Shown here: positions 9,836-19,726 of the stretch, in pieces
Layout of the letters: the number at the start of each line of letters is the position of its first letter
How positions within the stretch are numbered: position 1 is the first letter of the stretch
Assembly (NCBI GenBank): GCA_947501605.1
Contig: CANMWZ010000004.1
Span: forward strand, 1 to 64,000
Direction of reading: 5' to 3'
DNA length: 64,000 nucleotides
From: Planctomycetota bacterium
GTDB lineage: Bacteria > Planctomycetota > UBA1135 > UBA2386
Made by a program: the position numbers and the translations under genes
The notes under the pieces: model-generated
What the model was told of the DNA's origin: nothing
Database searches by the model: none
What the model saw: only the letters and a program-made list of their open reading frames with translations

Positions 9836-10849
9836 ATGACGCGCCCCCTGACTTGGCTGTTCACCGCCGCCTTTGCCCTCTGCACCGGCTGCGCCGGCGG
9901 CCCGAAGTGGGAGCTGAAGGACCCAGGCCCGCTGCCTGCGGAGCAGCGCGCCATCTTGGTGGCGGCCGAGAAGCACTACCGCAAGGGCGAACCGTTCGTC
10001 CAGCTGCGCCAGCAGATCGTCGCCGACCCGGTAGCGGCGTGGTGGTGGACTCGCATGGTGGTCCGCGATGTGGTCAGCGTGCGCGAAGGCAAGGTCGCGA
10101 GTGCCGAACAGGGCAGCACCTTTGGTGAGGAATTGGGGCAGCGCATCCGCGAAGGCCGGGCGGATACCGACGATGGCGCGGCCCTACTGCGTGCGACGGC
10201 GGGCAAGAAGGACCCGGTCGAAGCGCGGGCGCTCGGCGAACTGCACGAACTGGGTGTCGCTGCGGTTCCGTGCCTGATCGTCGACCTCGCGCGGCACCCG
10301 CAAGGATTCAACCGCCAGCTTGGCGTCGACCTGCTGGCACGAATCGGCGAGGCGGCTCTGCCCATGGTCGCACAGCAGCTCGCGGCCAGCGAAGATCCAG
10401 CGCAGCGGCGGACAGCTGCAGACGCCTGCGCCGACATGTTCGTTCGCCAAGGTGTCTTGCTGGACGGCGCCATCTCGCAGTTGCTGCGGCTAGCGACCGA
10501 CGACGACTATGGCGTGCGCGCTGCAGCATGCGCAGGCCTCGCGCACGGCGGCGATGTCGGGACCGTGACGCTGTTGCGGGTGGTGCGGACCGACGCCGAT
10601 GCCTTTGTGCGGCGATCGGCGGCGCGCGCCTTGGGGCAGCATCGATCCGCGGCCACCGCGGCGATGTTGTGCGACTACCTCCAGCGCTGCCAGACCGAAC
10701 ACGACACCAAAGGCTGCGAAGCGGCCCAAATGGCGTTGCAGGAGCACGCGCGAACGCGCGGGGTGCGCAGTTTGGAGGCTTGGCGCACCTACGCGGCGAC
10801 GCTGGCCGCGGCCGCAAAGCCTGGCAGTGCACGAGCCGTCGGGCGTTAG
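9836..10849 (+). CDS. HEAT-repeat lipoprotein
   Basis: Lipobox CTGC; HEAT-like repeats (DDDYGVRAAACAGL, DAFVRRSAARALG). Confidence 0.7.
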   Translation: MTRPLTWLFTAAFALCTGCAGGPKWELKDPGPLPAEQRAILVAAEKHYRKGEPFVQLRQQIVADPVAAWWWTRMVVRDVVSVREGKVASAEQGSTFGEELGQRIREGRADTDDGAALLRATAGKKDPVEARALGELHELGVAAVPCLIVDLARHPQGFNRQLGVDLLARIGEAALPMVAQQLAASEDPAQRRTAADACADMFVRQGVLLDGAISQLLRLATDDDYGVRAAACAGLAHGGDVGTVTLLRVVRTDADAFVRRSAARALGQHRSAATAAMLCDYLQRCQTEHDTKGCEAAQMALQEHARTRGVRSLEAWRTYAATLAAAAKPGSARAVGR

Positions 10850-10963
10850 TCGTCCGCGCCACCTAGTGTTGGGTCCGTAGGCTCGCGCCTTGCTCGTTGC
10901 CGCCGTCGCTCCTAGGCTCTCTCGATCGCCGCGCGCTCCTGGTGCGGCAGCCACTCCGCTACC

Positions 10964-11605
10964 ATGGAAGACTGGAAGATCACGCGCGATCGCAAGGGCT
11001 GTGAACGGCCCGGCTGCCCGCTGCCGTCGGCACAGCAGTACTTCGCCGTGCTCGAGTTTCCGGCCTGTGTGCGCCGCGATGTCTGTGACGCGTGTTTCTG
11101 CGACCTAGAACGGCGTGCCGAAGGCCCGCTGGTTTACTGGCGCGCCATGCGCAAGAAATCGGACAGCAAGGAGCCGGTGCTCGACCTCGTGTCGCTGCGC
11201 GCCCTGTTCGACAAGTTGGCCGCTGTCGAGGACGAACGAGCCCGCCAGTTGCGCTACTTCTGCGCGCTGCTGCTGTTGCGCAAGCGCGTACTGAAGATGG
11301 TGCGGCCGCGCACGGCGGAGCAGGAGCGCGCCGACCTCGTCGTGATCGATCCCAAGCAGAAGGAGCTGGAGCCGTTCGTGCTGTTCGCGCCGGCGATCGA
11401 CCTTGACGACCTGTCCAAGATCAAGGGGGAGCTGCTCGCGGCGATGGGCGAGGACGTTGCCGCCGGGGGCGAGCTGGAGTCCGTCGAGAAGCACGGAGCG
11501 ACGGGGGTAGCTGAGGCTGCAGCCGCAGCGACGCCGGCAGGAGACGAGTCGATGGCGTCCGCCGTGCCGACCTCGAGCGACGGCGCCGCCGAAGCCAGTG
11601 CGTAG
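10964..11605 (+). CDS. Hypothetical protein with N-terminal Cys cluster (putative Zn-binding)
   Basis: CERPGC...RRDVCDAC, YW, LLLLRKRVLK; acidic Ala-rich tail; typical codon usage. Confidence 0.7.
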   Translation: MEDWKITRDRKGCERPGCPLPSAQQYFAVLEFPACVRRDVCDACFCDLERRAEGPLVYWRAMRKKSDSKEPVLDLVSLRALFDKLAAVEDERARQLRYFCALLLLRKRVLKMVRPRTAEQERADLVVIDPKQKELEPFVLFAPAIDLDDLSKIKGELLAAMGEDVAAGGELESVEKHGATGVAEAAAAATPAGDESMASAVPTSSDGAAEASA

Positions 11606-11830
11606 CGCATGGCCGAAGCCCGTGCGCAGCGCATGAGTCGTCCAGTTCGGTTTTGGCTAGCTCCTTTCGGCCAGCGCTCTTCCCAGGTCTCGTCTGGCCA
11701 GTCCCTGCTGTTCCCGGCTGGTTCGCGACGCGCCCTTGGGCTCGCCCCTTGAGGGCGGCCTGCGACGGGGCGTCGTCCGCGGACAATGGTGGGGACCCCC
11801 TGCGTTCGAACCGGCTGCGAAGCGGTCAGG

Positions 11831-12418
11831 TCACTTCCAGCTGACGTCCCAGACGAGGTCCTCGTCGTCGACGAGCATGCTGGCAACGGGCAGCACCAAG
11901 TAGGCCCGGTTGCGTTCGTGCTGGGCTTCGATGCCGCGGCCGGTGGGGGCGATGCCTGAGGACACGACCTGGTCCGGGAACTCCACTTCCAGGCGGATGG
12001 CGTCGGCGATCTCCTTCTGCCTGTTGTGCGGGTCGTGGACCTTGCCGAGGGTCCGACGCGTGGCTTCATCCGGAACCAAAGTCTGCACCCAGGTCAGGTC
12101 CTTGCTGCGCTTTAGCACGACGCGCAGCCGCGGCAGATCGTCGTTGCTGGCGAGGAATCGGACTTCGCGGTCGCCCAGTTCGATCTTTGCCAGACTCGGG
12201 AAGGTGCCTTGCGACGACACCAAGCTGGCCCGGATCTGCCATTGGGCGCCGGCGATGCGGGCCTCGGCAGGGCCAGGCACGTTGGTCGCTTGCAGGGCGC
12301 GGGCCGTGATCGTGCCGGAGCCGTCCTTGGTCAGCGCGATATGGATGCCGACCAGCTCGCTGTCCGAGCAGGCTGCCAGCGAGAGAAGAGCGAGCACGAA
12401 TGCTTCGAACCGCACCAT
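11831..12418 (-). CDS. Hypothetical lipoprotein
   Basis: Lipobox LAAC after hydrophobic leader; DGSG motif and beta-rich body. Confidence 0.7.
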   Translation of the reverse strand: MVRFEAFVLALLSLAACSDSELVGIHIALTKDGSGTITARALQATNVPGPAEARIAGAQWQIRASLVSSQGTFPSLAKIELGDREVRFLASNDDLPRLRVVLKRSKDLTWVQTLVPDEATRRTLGKVHDPHNRQKEIADAIRLEVEFPDQVVSSGIAPTGRGIEAQHERNRAYLVLPVASMLVDDEDLVWDVSWK

Positions 12419-12583
12419 CAGTACCTCCGCGCCGATTGTGGCTGGCCGAGATCCGCAGCGCGCCAAAAAAATTCAGCGTGTTCGCAGCGCGTACCGGGTT
12501 GGAACCCGGGCTCCAAGGATTGGGCTCGGTGCTTCAAAACCGTGGGGGAGGCACAAGGAACTGTGGTGGCAGAAGGGGGGCCA

Positions 12584-12646
12584 GTGGGTGGAATGTGATG
12601 TAGAGTGGGTGCTGGTGGTTGACATCGCGGTCGCCCGGGATACCTT
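12584..12646 (+). promoter_or_regulatory. dcw promoter: MraZ-binding GTGG/GTGA repeats at ~10-bp period followed by TTGACA-16-TACCTT
   Basis: GTGG 12584, GTGA 12595, GTGG 12605, GTGG 12615; TTGACA 12619-12624; TACCTT 12641-12646; directly upstream of mraZ. Confidence 0.8.
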
Positions 12647-12688
12647 CCGCCGTCGTCAGCAGAAGTTGTCCTTCTCCTGGCTCTCGTC

Positions 12689-13165
12689 ATGGCACTGACC
12701 TTCTCGGGCACTTCGGAACACGGACTGGATGACAAGGGGCGGCTCACGCTACCCCAACGCATCCTGGACCAGGTCGCCCGAGCGGATTGGCGGTTCTTCC
12801 TGACGGTGAGCATGGACAAGTGCCTGCTTCTGCATGACGCGCAGGGTTGGAACGAACTGGTAGCGAAGATTGGGACGGGCGTCCACGGCAGTCAGGCCCA
12901 TCGCAATCTCAGTCGCCGGTTCCTCGGCAGTGCCGAGGAGGTCGTTCCGGATACAGCCCGGCGCATTCGCATCCCGGAACCACTTCTCGAGTACGCGGGC
13001 CTAGCCCCGAGCATGCCGGTCAGGTTGCTCGGGATGGGGAACGTGCTCGAGGTTTGGTCGCCGGCCTTGCTGGGTGGCGTGCTCAGTGTGCCCACGGCAG
13101 CAGAAGAATCGCTCTTTGCATCGCTGATGGATCAGAGAACCCCGTCGACGCCCATGGGGGCGTGA
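12689..13165 (+). CDS. mraZ: Transcriptional regulator MraZ
   Basis: FSGTSEHGLDDKGRLTLP, second degenerate DxxxRIRIP repeat, GMGNVLEVW; first gene of dcw. Confidence 0.9.
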   Translation: MALTFSGTSEHGLDDKGRLTLPQRILDQVARADWRFFLTVSMDKCLLLHDAQGWNELVAKIGTGVHGSQAHRNLSRRFLGSAEEVVPDTARRIRIPEPLLEYAGLAPSMPVRLLGMGNVLEVWSPALLGGVLSVPTAAEESLFASLMDQRTPSTPMGA

Positions 13166-13394
13166 CGAAAGCCATTGGAATGATCGTGGATTCGGTTTCG
13201 GCGCGGGAGGCGCTGGATCAGGTTCACGACGATGGCCGGGGGGCTTGGATCTGCAGGTTCGCGGGCATGCCCGGGCCTGATGCAATGGTGGCCACTTTGG
13301 TCGGTGGCTGCCGCGAGCGCTCGCGGTCAGAGCGTTCGGTCTCTTGCCAAAGCCGGGCGGTCTCGGGGGGTGGCGGGTGACGTCTGCATCGGGC

Positions 13395-14330
13395 ATGGGC
13401 GACGGGAGCGGAGCGGACGGGACTAGGCATCCTGTTCATGTTCCGGTCCTGCTGCACGAGACCCTTCAGCTCCTGAGTCTGCAGCCCGGTCTCGTGGTAG
13501 TCGACGGAACGGTCGGAGCTGGTGGGCACGCGATGGCAATCGCGCGCGCCATCGGCCCCGGCGGGCTCTTGGTCGGTCTCGATCGCGATACCGAGATCCT
13601 GGCCTGCGCGCGAGCGGCCTTGGCAAAGGCAGCCGAGGACGCCCCCGCGCAGGCCAGGGTTTCGCTCCATCACTCCTCGTTTTCCAACGTGCAGGAAGCC
13701 CTCCACGCATGCGGTCAGGCTGCGTGTGATCGGCTCCTGCTCGATCTCGGCGTCAGTTCCCTCCAGCTCGACAGGGCGGAGAGAGGCTTCTCGTTCATGG
13801 CGGATGGCCCGCTCGATATGCGCATGGACCCGCACGGTCCGCTCGATGCTGCCTCGTGGCTCGCGGAGGTCTCCGAAGTCGAACTGGCGCGCGTGCTGTT
13901 CGAGTATGGCGACGAGCGCTTCAGTCGTCGCATTGCTCGTTCGATCGTGTATGCGCGCGAGCGCGCTCCGATCGTCCGCACCGGCCAGTTGGTCGAGTTG
14001 ATCGTGCGCGCGACTCCGGGCCATGCTCGCCATGGTCGCATCCATCCGGCCACGCGTTCGTTCCAGGCGATCCGTATGGCTGTGAATGACGAACTCGGCG
14101 AACTCCGTCGAACGCTGGTGAGCGCGCTCGAGTGCGTGCGCCCCGGCGGTCGCATCTGCGTTATCTCGTTCCACTCGGCCGAGGATCGCATCGTGAAGTA
14201 CTTCTTCCGCGAGCACTGCGAGGTGGTGACGCGCAAGCCGGTTATCGCCACCGAAACGGAGACTGACCAGAACCCGCGCGCCCGCAGCGCCAAGCTCCGG
14301 TGCGGAATCGTGAAGGAGATCGCAGCATGA
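13395..14330 (+). CDS. rsmH: 16S rRNA m4C1402 methyltransferase RsmH
   Basis: HVPVLL.E, DGTVGAGGH, DLGVSSLQLD..RGFSF..DGPLDMRMD, HPATRSFQA, SFHSAEDR, NPRARSAKLR; start uncertain. Confidence 0.95.
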   Translation: MGDGSGADGTRHPVHVPVLLHETLQLLSLQPGLVVVDGTVGAGGHAMAIARAIGPGGLLVGLDRDTEILACARAALAKAAEDAPAQARVSLHHSSFSNVQEALHACGQAACDRLLLDLGVSSLQLDRAERGFSFMADGPLDMRMDPHGPLDAASWLAEVSEVELARVLFEYGDERFSRRIARSIVYARERAPIVRTGQLVELIVRATPGHARHGRIHPATRSFQAIRMAVNDELGELRRTLVSALECVRPGGRICVISFHSAEDRIVKYFFREHCEVVTRKPVIATETETDQNPRARSAKLRCGIVKEIAA

Positions 14331-14590
14331 AGTGGGTTCTCTGCGGTCTGACGTTCGCCTTGTCCGTCGTTCTGGCGGTAGCAACGGTGTCGATTCGCGC
14401 CGGCAACACGCGTCTGCGGCTCGAACTCGCGCGCGAGTTCCGCAGCATCGAAGCTCGCCGCATGGAGGTTGGTCGGTTGTCGTTGCAGACCGCCGAACAT
14501 GCGACTCCCGAGCGGCTGTGTGATCGGCTGCGCGAATTGCTGCGCGCTGGTGGGGTGGTGAAGACCCAGGAGTCCTCCTCGTGGCAATGA
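14327..14590 (+). CDS. ftsL: FtsL-like cell-division protein
   Basis: TM plus coiled coil with TPERL; lies between rsmH and the PBP gene. Confidence 0.65.
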   Translation: MKWVLCGLTFALSVVLAVATVSIRAGNTRLRLELAREFRSIEARRMEVGRLSLQTAEHATPERLCDRLRELLRAGGVVKTQESSSWQ

Positions 14591-16623
14591 CTGTCGGCGA
14601 ACGCACACGGCTGCGGTTCTTCTTCGGCGCTCTTGGCTGCGTGCCACTGTTCCTCTCCGGCTGGTTCGGGTGGTTGCAGGTGCTACAGGCTGGTGAGATG
14701 AAGCGGCCCGAAGGCGGTCGCGTGGCCCTTCTGGCGCAGGCCGCCGAGGTCCAGCACGAGCGCAGAGAACACCTCCCCGGCGCTCGCGGCACGATCGTCG
14801 ATCGCCACGGCGCGATCCTGGCCATGGACTGCGACGCATTCGAAGTGCGCGCAGAAATCACCATCCCCCGGAAGCACTCGGCCGATTGCAAGGACGCTCG
14901 CGCCTATCTGCTCGGCATGTCGCGCTCTCTGGCCGACGCCCTGTGTCGCGACAATGGGCTGGCGGACCGCACGGCCGCACGCGCTGAGCACTTCACGCGC
15001 ATCCGTGATCGCATCGAGGCGGCGTTCGCATGGAAGGACTTCCCTGCTGACGGGCCGCTCCCCGCTGGCGCGAAGCGGGTTCGTGAGATTCTCGTCGACC
15101 GCGGCGTCGCCGTTCTCTCGGTCATCGAGGCGCTCGAAGAACTCGACCGCGACCAGGATGGGGTTCTGTTGCACATGCAACACGACCATGCCCGGGTCTA
15201 TCCGGAGCGTGAGGTCACCTACGGTCTGGTTGGCTATGTCGAAGACAAGCCCGTGCTCTCGCCGGCTGGCAAGCTGCTCGCGTATCGGGAGACCGCGCTA
15301 GCCGGTCTCGAGGCGGTCCCCGAGTTGCTGCCCGGAGCCCCTGGCGAACGCGAGTTCCACGTCGACAGCAAGAGCCATCGGTTCTTCACCGGAGTCGGTC
15401 GCTCGGCGGCGTCGCCAAGCCGAGTTGAGTCCACGATCGATCTCGAATTGCAAAAGGCCGCCAGCCGCGAACTCGAGCGCCAAGCGCTCGCCGTCTCGGG
15501 TGATGCGAAGGATCGCCCGCTCTGGGGAGCTTTGTTGATGGTGGAAATTGCGACCGGCGACGTGCTGGCCGCGGCTTCCTGGCATCGCGACGTCAAGCAT
15601 CCCCGTGGTGCCGCCTTTACGCCGTACCAGTTGCTCTACGAGCCCGGTTCCATCGTCAAGCCGCTGTTGTTCGCCTACGCGCGCGAGCACAAGGAACTCG
15701 ATTGGGATCGCAGCTTCGACTGTTCGTCGACGGGTGCCGATCACCATCTTGACGTGCCCGAGGTTGGCGGCCGCCGCGTTCGGGACGACCACGGGTGCGG
15801 CATACTCACGCCGCACGGCATCCTGGTCAACAGCTCGAACATCGGTTCGGTCAAGGTCGGCAGCTTGCTGTCGCGCGACGATTGGCGGCGCTACCTCGAC
15901 GTGTTCGGGTTCGAGCGCACACTCGGGTTGCAGATGCCGGCCGAACTCGTCGGCTATGCATCGAAGAAGGGCTGGCTGCCGGGGATCAAACCGGCTGCGT
16001 TCAAGAAGTGGACCGGCAGCTCCTATTCGATTGGTTACGAGCATCAGGTCAACGCGCTGCAGATGGCACGGGCCTACTTGACGCTGCTGAACGGCGCGAC
16101 GCGCGAACTGCGGATGGTGCGCGCCGTCGAAGTTGACGGTCAACGCCGCGAACGCAGCGTGGTCGCGGGTAGTCGTGAGTTCTCGCCGCAGACGATCGAG
16201 GAGGTATGCGCCGCGATGCGCGACGTGCTTACCGACGCCCAGGAATCGACCGGTCGGCATGTGGTCGCCGCGTTCCGCAAGGAGGGCGTCGAGCTCCAGG
16301 GCCTCTTGGGCGGCAAGACCGGCACGGCCAAGAGCCGCACGACCATCAAGGGCAAAGGAACAGTCGAGGTGCGCAACGCCAGTTTCGTCGGCTTCGCGCC
16401 GGCGGAGGCGCCGCGCTACCTCGTGGTGTGTGTTCTACAACGAGACGATAGTGCGCGGTTCTATGGCGGCAGCTATGCTGCCCCGCCTGCTGTTCGACTG
16501 CTGCTTGAGGCGTTGCGCCTCGAAGAGCGTCGGCGGCTGGGCCAGGGACCGCAGGTCAGTGCGACTCCTGGTTCATCAGGCCGCAGCCCTCGGGTTGCGG
16601 AGACAGGTCAGGCAGGGCGGTAA
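14581..16623 (+). CDS. ftsI: Class B penicillin-binding protein (FtsI/PBP3-like)
   Basis: RGTIVDR; YEPGSIVK (SxxK), SSN, GKTGTA; N-terminal TM; dcw position. Confidence 0.9.
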   Translation: MAMTVGERTRLRFFFGALGCVPLFLSGWFGWLQVLQAGEMKRPEGGRVALLAQAAEVQHERREHLPGARGTIVDRHGAILAMDCDAFEVRAEITIPRKHSADCKDARAYLLGMSRSLADALCRDNGLADRTAARAEHFTRIRDRIEAAFAWKDFPADGPLPAGAKRVREILVDRGVAVLSVIEALEELDRDQDGVLLHMQHDHARVYPEREVTYGLVGYVEDKPVLSPAGKLLAYRETALAGLEAVPELLPGAPGEREFHVDSKSHRFFTGVGRSAASPSRVESTIDLELQKAASRELERQALAVSGDAKDRPLWGALLMVEIATGDVLAAASWHRDVKHPRGAAFTPYQLLYEPGSIVKPLLFAYAREHKELDWDRSFDCSSTGADHHLDVPEVGGRRVRDDHGCGILTPHGILVNSSNIGSVKVGSLLSRDDWRRYLDVFGFERTLGLQMPAELVGYASKKGWLPGIKPAAFKKWTGSSYSIGYEHQVNALQMARAYLTLLNGATRELRMVRAVEVDGQRRERSVVAGSREFSPQTIEEVCAAMRDVLTDAQESTGRHVVAAFRKEGVELQGLLGGKTGTAKSRTTIKGKGTVEVRNASFVGFAPAEAPRYLVVCVLQRDDSARFYGGSYAAPPAVRLLLEALRLEERRRLGQGPQVSATPGSSGRSPRVAETGQAGR

Positions 16624-18158
16624 TGACAGAGTTGGCGTATCCGTCCGGACTCCCGTCCGGGCAGGGGTTTGTTCGTTTGCGCGAGTTGCGGGACTGCCTG
16701 CGGCCTCGTGAGGTGCTTCGCTTCCGCGATCTCGCGGTTGACGGGCTCTGCTTCCATTCCGGCGAGGTTCGGCCGGGCAACCTGTTCTTCGCCATCCGCG
16801 GTGCGAGTCAGGATGGCGCCGCCTATGCCCAGCAGGCAGTGGCGCGCGGCGCCGCCGCGATCGTCGCCGAGGAGCCGTTGCCGGTCTCGGTGCCGCTGCT
16901 GCTGGTGGACAACGCGCGGGCGGCGCTGGCCGACGCCGCGCGCTACTACTACCGCGACCCGTCCAAGGCGGTGTCGGTCATCGGCATTACCGGGACGAAC
17001 GGCAAGACGACGACCGCGCACCTCGTGCGCAGTTGCTTGCAGGCGGACCGTCGTCAGGTCGGTTTGCTGGGGACGATTGCCTACGAGTTCGGGGGTCGTC
17101 GGATTCCGGCGCCCAACACGACTCCGGATCCCATTCGCATCCAAGGGTATCTGCGCGAGATGGCGGACCGCTACATCAGCGCCTGCGTGATGGAGGTCAG
17201 CAGCCACAGCCTCGACCAGGAGCGCGTCCGTGGCGTGCGCTTTGCCGCTGGCGTGTTCACCAACCTGACGCAGGACCACCTCGATTATCACGGCGACATG
17301 AGGAGCTACGCCAAGGCGAAGGCTCGTCTGTTTGCGCAGTTGGAGTCGGGTGCCGTTGCCGTGCTGAACCACGACGATCCGGCGTCGGCCATCATGGCGG
17401 ACCACCTGGGAAGTGGTACGCGGGTGATGACCTACGGTTTGTCGCCGGACGCCGACGTGCGTGCCGAACAGTTGCAGCCAGGTCCCGACGGAACGCGGTT
17501 GCTGATGGTGATGCCGAACGGTCGCGTCGAGTTGTTCCTGCGCCTCGTCGGCTTGCACAACGTCTACAACGCACTCTCGGCCGCGGCCTCGTCGCTGGCG
17601 ATGGGCGCGAGCGAGTTGACGGTTGCGTCGGCGCTCGAGGACGCGCGTCCGGTCACGGGTCGGCTCGAATTGGTCGAGGCACCGCTGCAGCGGCCGGGTC
17701 GCATTCGTGTGTTCGTCGACTACGCCCACACGCCCGATGCTCTCGACAAGGTCTGCTCGACGTTGCGCGGCCTCTCCGAGGGGCGACTTCTCGTGGTCTT
17801 CGGTTGCGGCGGTGATCGCGATCGCACCAAGCGAGCGCCGATGACGGCCGCCGTGGCGCGTCATGCGCATGCTGCCTACCTGACCAGCGACAATCCTCGC
17901 AACGAGGATCCCGAGACCATTCTCGACGAGATGGAAGTGGGGCTGACCGGAAGTGAGGCTGTCAGCTATCGCATTGTCGACCGCGCCGAAGCGATCCGCC
18001 GCGCCGTGACCGAGGCTCAGCCGGGTGACACCGTGCTGATCGCCGGCAAAGGCCATGAGACCTACCAGATCATGAAAGAGAGCGTCGTGCCGTTTGACGA
18101 CCGCCTCGAAGCTGCGCGAGCACTCGCCGCGAAGGAGGCAGGGTGGTTGCACCGCTGA
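16623..18158 (+). CDS. murE: UDP-MurNAc-Ala-Glu:meso-DAP ligase
   Basis: GITGTNGKTTT, NTTPDP, MEVSSH, TNLTQDHLDYHG, VDYAHTPD, FGCGGDRD, DNPR (DAP-type), AGKGHE. Confidence 0.96.
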   Translation: MTELAYPSGLPSGQGFVRLRELRDCLRPREVLRFRDLAVDGLCFHSGEVRPGNLFFAIRGASQDGAAYAQQAVARGAAAIVAEEPLPVSVPLLLVDNARAALADAARYYYRDPSKAVSVIGITGTNGKTTTAHLVRSCLQADRRQVGLLGTIAYEFGGRRIPAPNTTPDPIRIQGYLREMADRYISACVMEVSSHSLDQERVRGVRFAAGVFTNLTQDHLDYHGDMRSYAKAKARLFAQLESGAVAVLNHDDPASAIMADHLGSGTRVMTYGLSPDADVRAEQLQPGPDGTRLLMVMPNGRVELFLRLVGLHNVYNALSAAASSLAMGASELTVASALEDARPVTGRLELVEAPLQRPGRIRVFVDYAHTPDALDKVCSTLRGLSEGRLLVVFGCGGDRDRTKRAPMTAAVARHAHAAYLTSDNPRNEDPETILDEMEVGLTGSEAVSYRIVDRAEAIRRAVTEAQPGDTVLIAGKGHETYQIMKESVVPFDDRLEAARALAAKEAGWLHR

Positions 18159-19720
18159 AACCGAAGTCAGAGTCAGCCATGACGCAGCGTGAGCCCCAGA
18201 GCGAGCGGACGAGCAAGAATCCGGCGGTCGCTCGCAGCCGTGCGGATAGCAGCCGGGTCGCGGGCATTCGTGGCGGCGCGCCGGGTTCGTGGATGACTGC
18301 CGCTGCCGTTGCGAAAGCGAGCGGGGGAGAGTTGCTCGCGCGCGGCAAGAGCGCCGAGGGGGTCACCACGGACTCACGGCAGTCCTGCACCGGCAAGCTG
18401 TTCGTCGCGTTGCGCGGCGACAACCACGACGGCCACGCTCATGTCGCAGCGGCGATCGCTGCTGGCGCACGCGGAGTCGTCATCGACCAGCCGATGCCGG
18501 AAGTGCCCGGTCTCGCTGCGGCCAGTGGCGCATTCGTCGTGCGCGTGGCCGATACCGGGCGTGCGTTGCTGTCGCTCGCCGCCGAGCACCGTCGTCGTCA
18601 CCGGGCCAAGGTGCTCGGCATCACCGGTTCGTGTGGCAAGACCACGACCAAAGAATGGCTCGGTGCGGTGCTCGCGCGCGTCATGCCGACCATTCGTTCC
18701 AAGGGCAGCTACAACAACCATATCGGCGTCCCACTGACGCTGTTCGCGATCGAGCCGGAGACCCGCGCCGCCGTCGTCGAGATCGGGACCAACGCGCCTG
18801 GCGAGATCGCCACGTTGACAGCCGTCGCCCGGCCCGACATTGCGATCGTCACCTGTGTCGCGGCCGCGCACCTACAGGGTCTTGGTTCGATCGAAGGCGT
18901 CGCCCGGGAGAAGTCCGATTTGCCGCGCGGCCTCGGCGAGGATGGCCTTTGTATCCTGAATGGCGATGACGCTGCCTGCCGCGCCATGGCGGAGCACGTG
19001 AAGGGCCGCGTGCAGTTGGTCGCCGTCGATCGCATCGCCAGCTGGTTTGCGACCGATCTTCAGTATCATCCGTTCGGGACGACGTTCCGGCTGCAGGGTG
19101 ACCGCGCGGTCACGATCCCGCGCCTGGGCACGCACAATGTCTACAACGCGTTGTTCGTGCTGGCGGCTGCCGCCGAACTCGGCGTGCCTGAGGATGTCGC
19201 TTTGCAGGCCCTGGCCGAAGTGCCGCCGGCGACGCGGCGGCTCGAGCCGAAGGCGGCCGGCGGCGTCACGGTGTTCGATGACACCTACAACATGAATCCC
19301 GAGTCCGCTCGCGCGGGCCTGCAGGCGCTCGCCGGCATGCCGGGCACCGGGCGACGCATCGTGGCATTTGGCGAGATGCTCGAACTGGGCGACCGCTCGT
19401 TCGAGTTGCACTACCAGCTTGGCACCTCGGTCTGGCGCTCTGGCATGGACCATCTGGTCGTCATCGGTGCTGGCGCCAAGCCAATCGCCGACGGTGCGGT
19501 GGCCGCCGGCATGCCGCGCGGCAACGTGCACTTCTGCGATTCCCTGGGCGCCGCGCAGACGTTCTTGCTCGGCGAGCTGAAGTCTGGCGATCGGATTCTC
19601 TGCAAGGCGTCTCGCCGCGTCGGACTCGATCGACTCGTCGATGCCTTGGTCGCTTCGCTCGGCGGCATGCAATCCCCTGGCGGCCTGCAACAAGGACCCG
19701 CCGCGACGGCGGCGCACTGA
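18143..19720 (+). CDS. murF: UDP-MurNAc-tripeptide:D-Ala-D-Ala ligase
   Basis: TDSR, DGH, ITGSCGKTTTKE, NNHIGVPLT, DDTYNMNPES, GEMLELG, KASR; start uncertain (18143/18179/18293). Confidence 0.94.
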   Translation: MVAPLKPKSESAMTQREPQSERTSKNPAVARSRADSSRVAGIRGGAPGSWMTAAAVAKASGGELLARGKSAEGVTTDSRQSCTGKLFVALRGDNHDGHAHVAAAIAAGARGVVIDQPMPEVPGLAAASGAFVVRVADTGRALLSLAAEHRRRHRAKVLGITGSCGKTTTKEWLGAVLARVMPTIRSKGSYNNHIGVPLTLFAIEPETRAAVVEIGTNAPGEIATLTAVARPDIAIVTCVAAAHLQGLGSIEGVAREKSDLPRGLGEDGLCILNGDDAACRAMAEHVKGRVQLVAVDRIASWFATDLQYHPFGTTFRLQGDRAVTIPRLGTHNVYNALFVLAAAAELGVPEDVALQALAEVPPATRRLEPKAAGGVTVFDDTYNMNPESARAGLQALAGMPGTGRRIVAFGEMLELGDRSFELHYQLGTSVWRSGMDHLVVIGAGAKPIADGAVAAGMPRGNVHFCDSLGAAQTFLLGELKSGDRILCKASRRVGLDRLVDALVASLGGMQSPGGLQQGPAATAAH

Positions 19721-19726
19721 CCGGCG

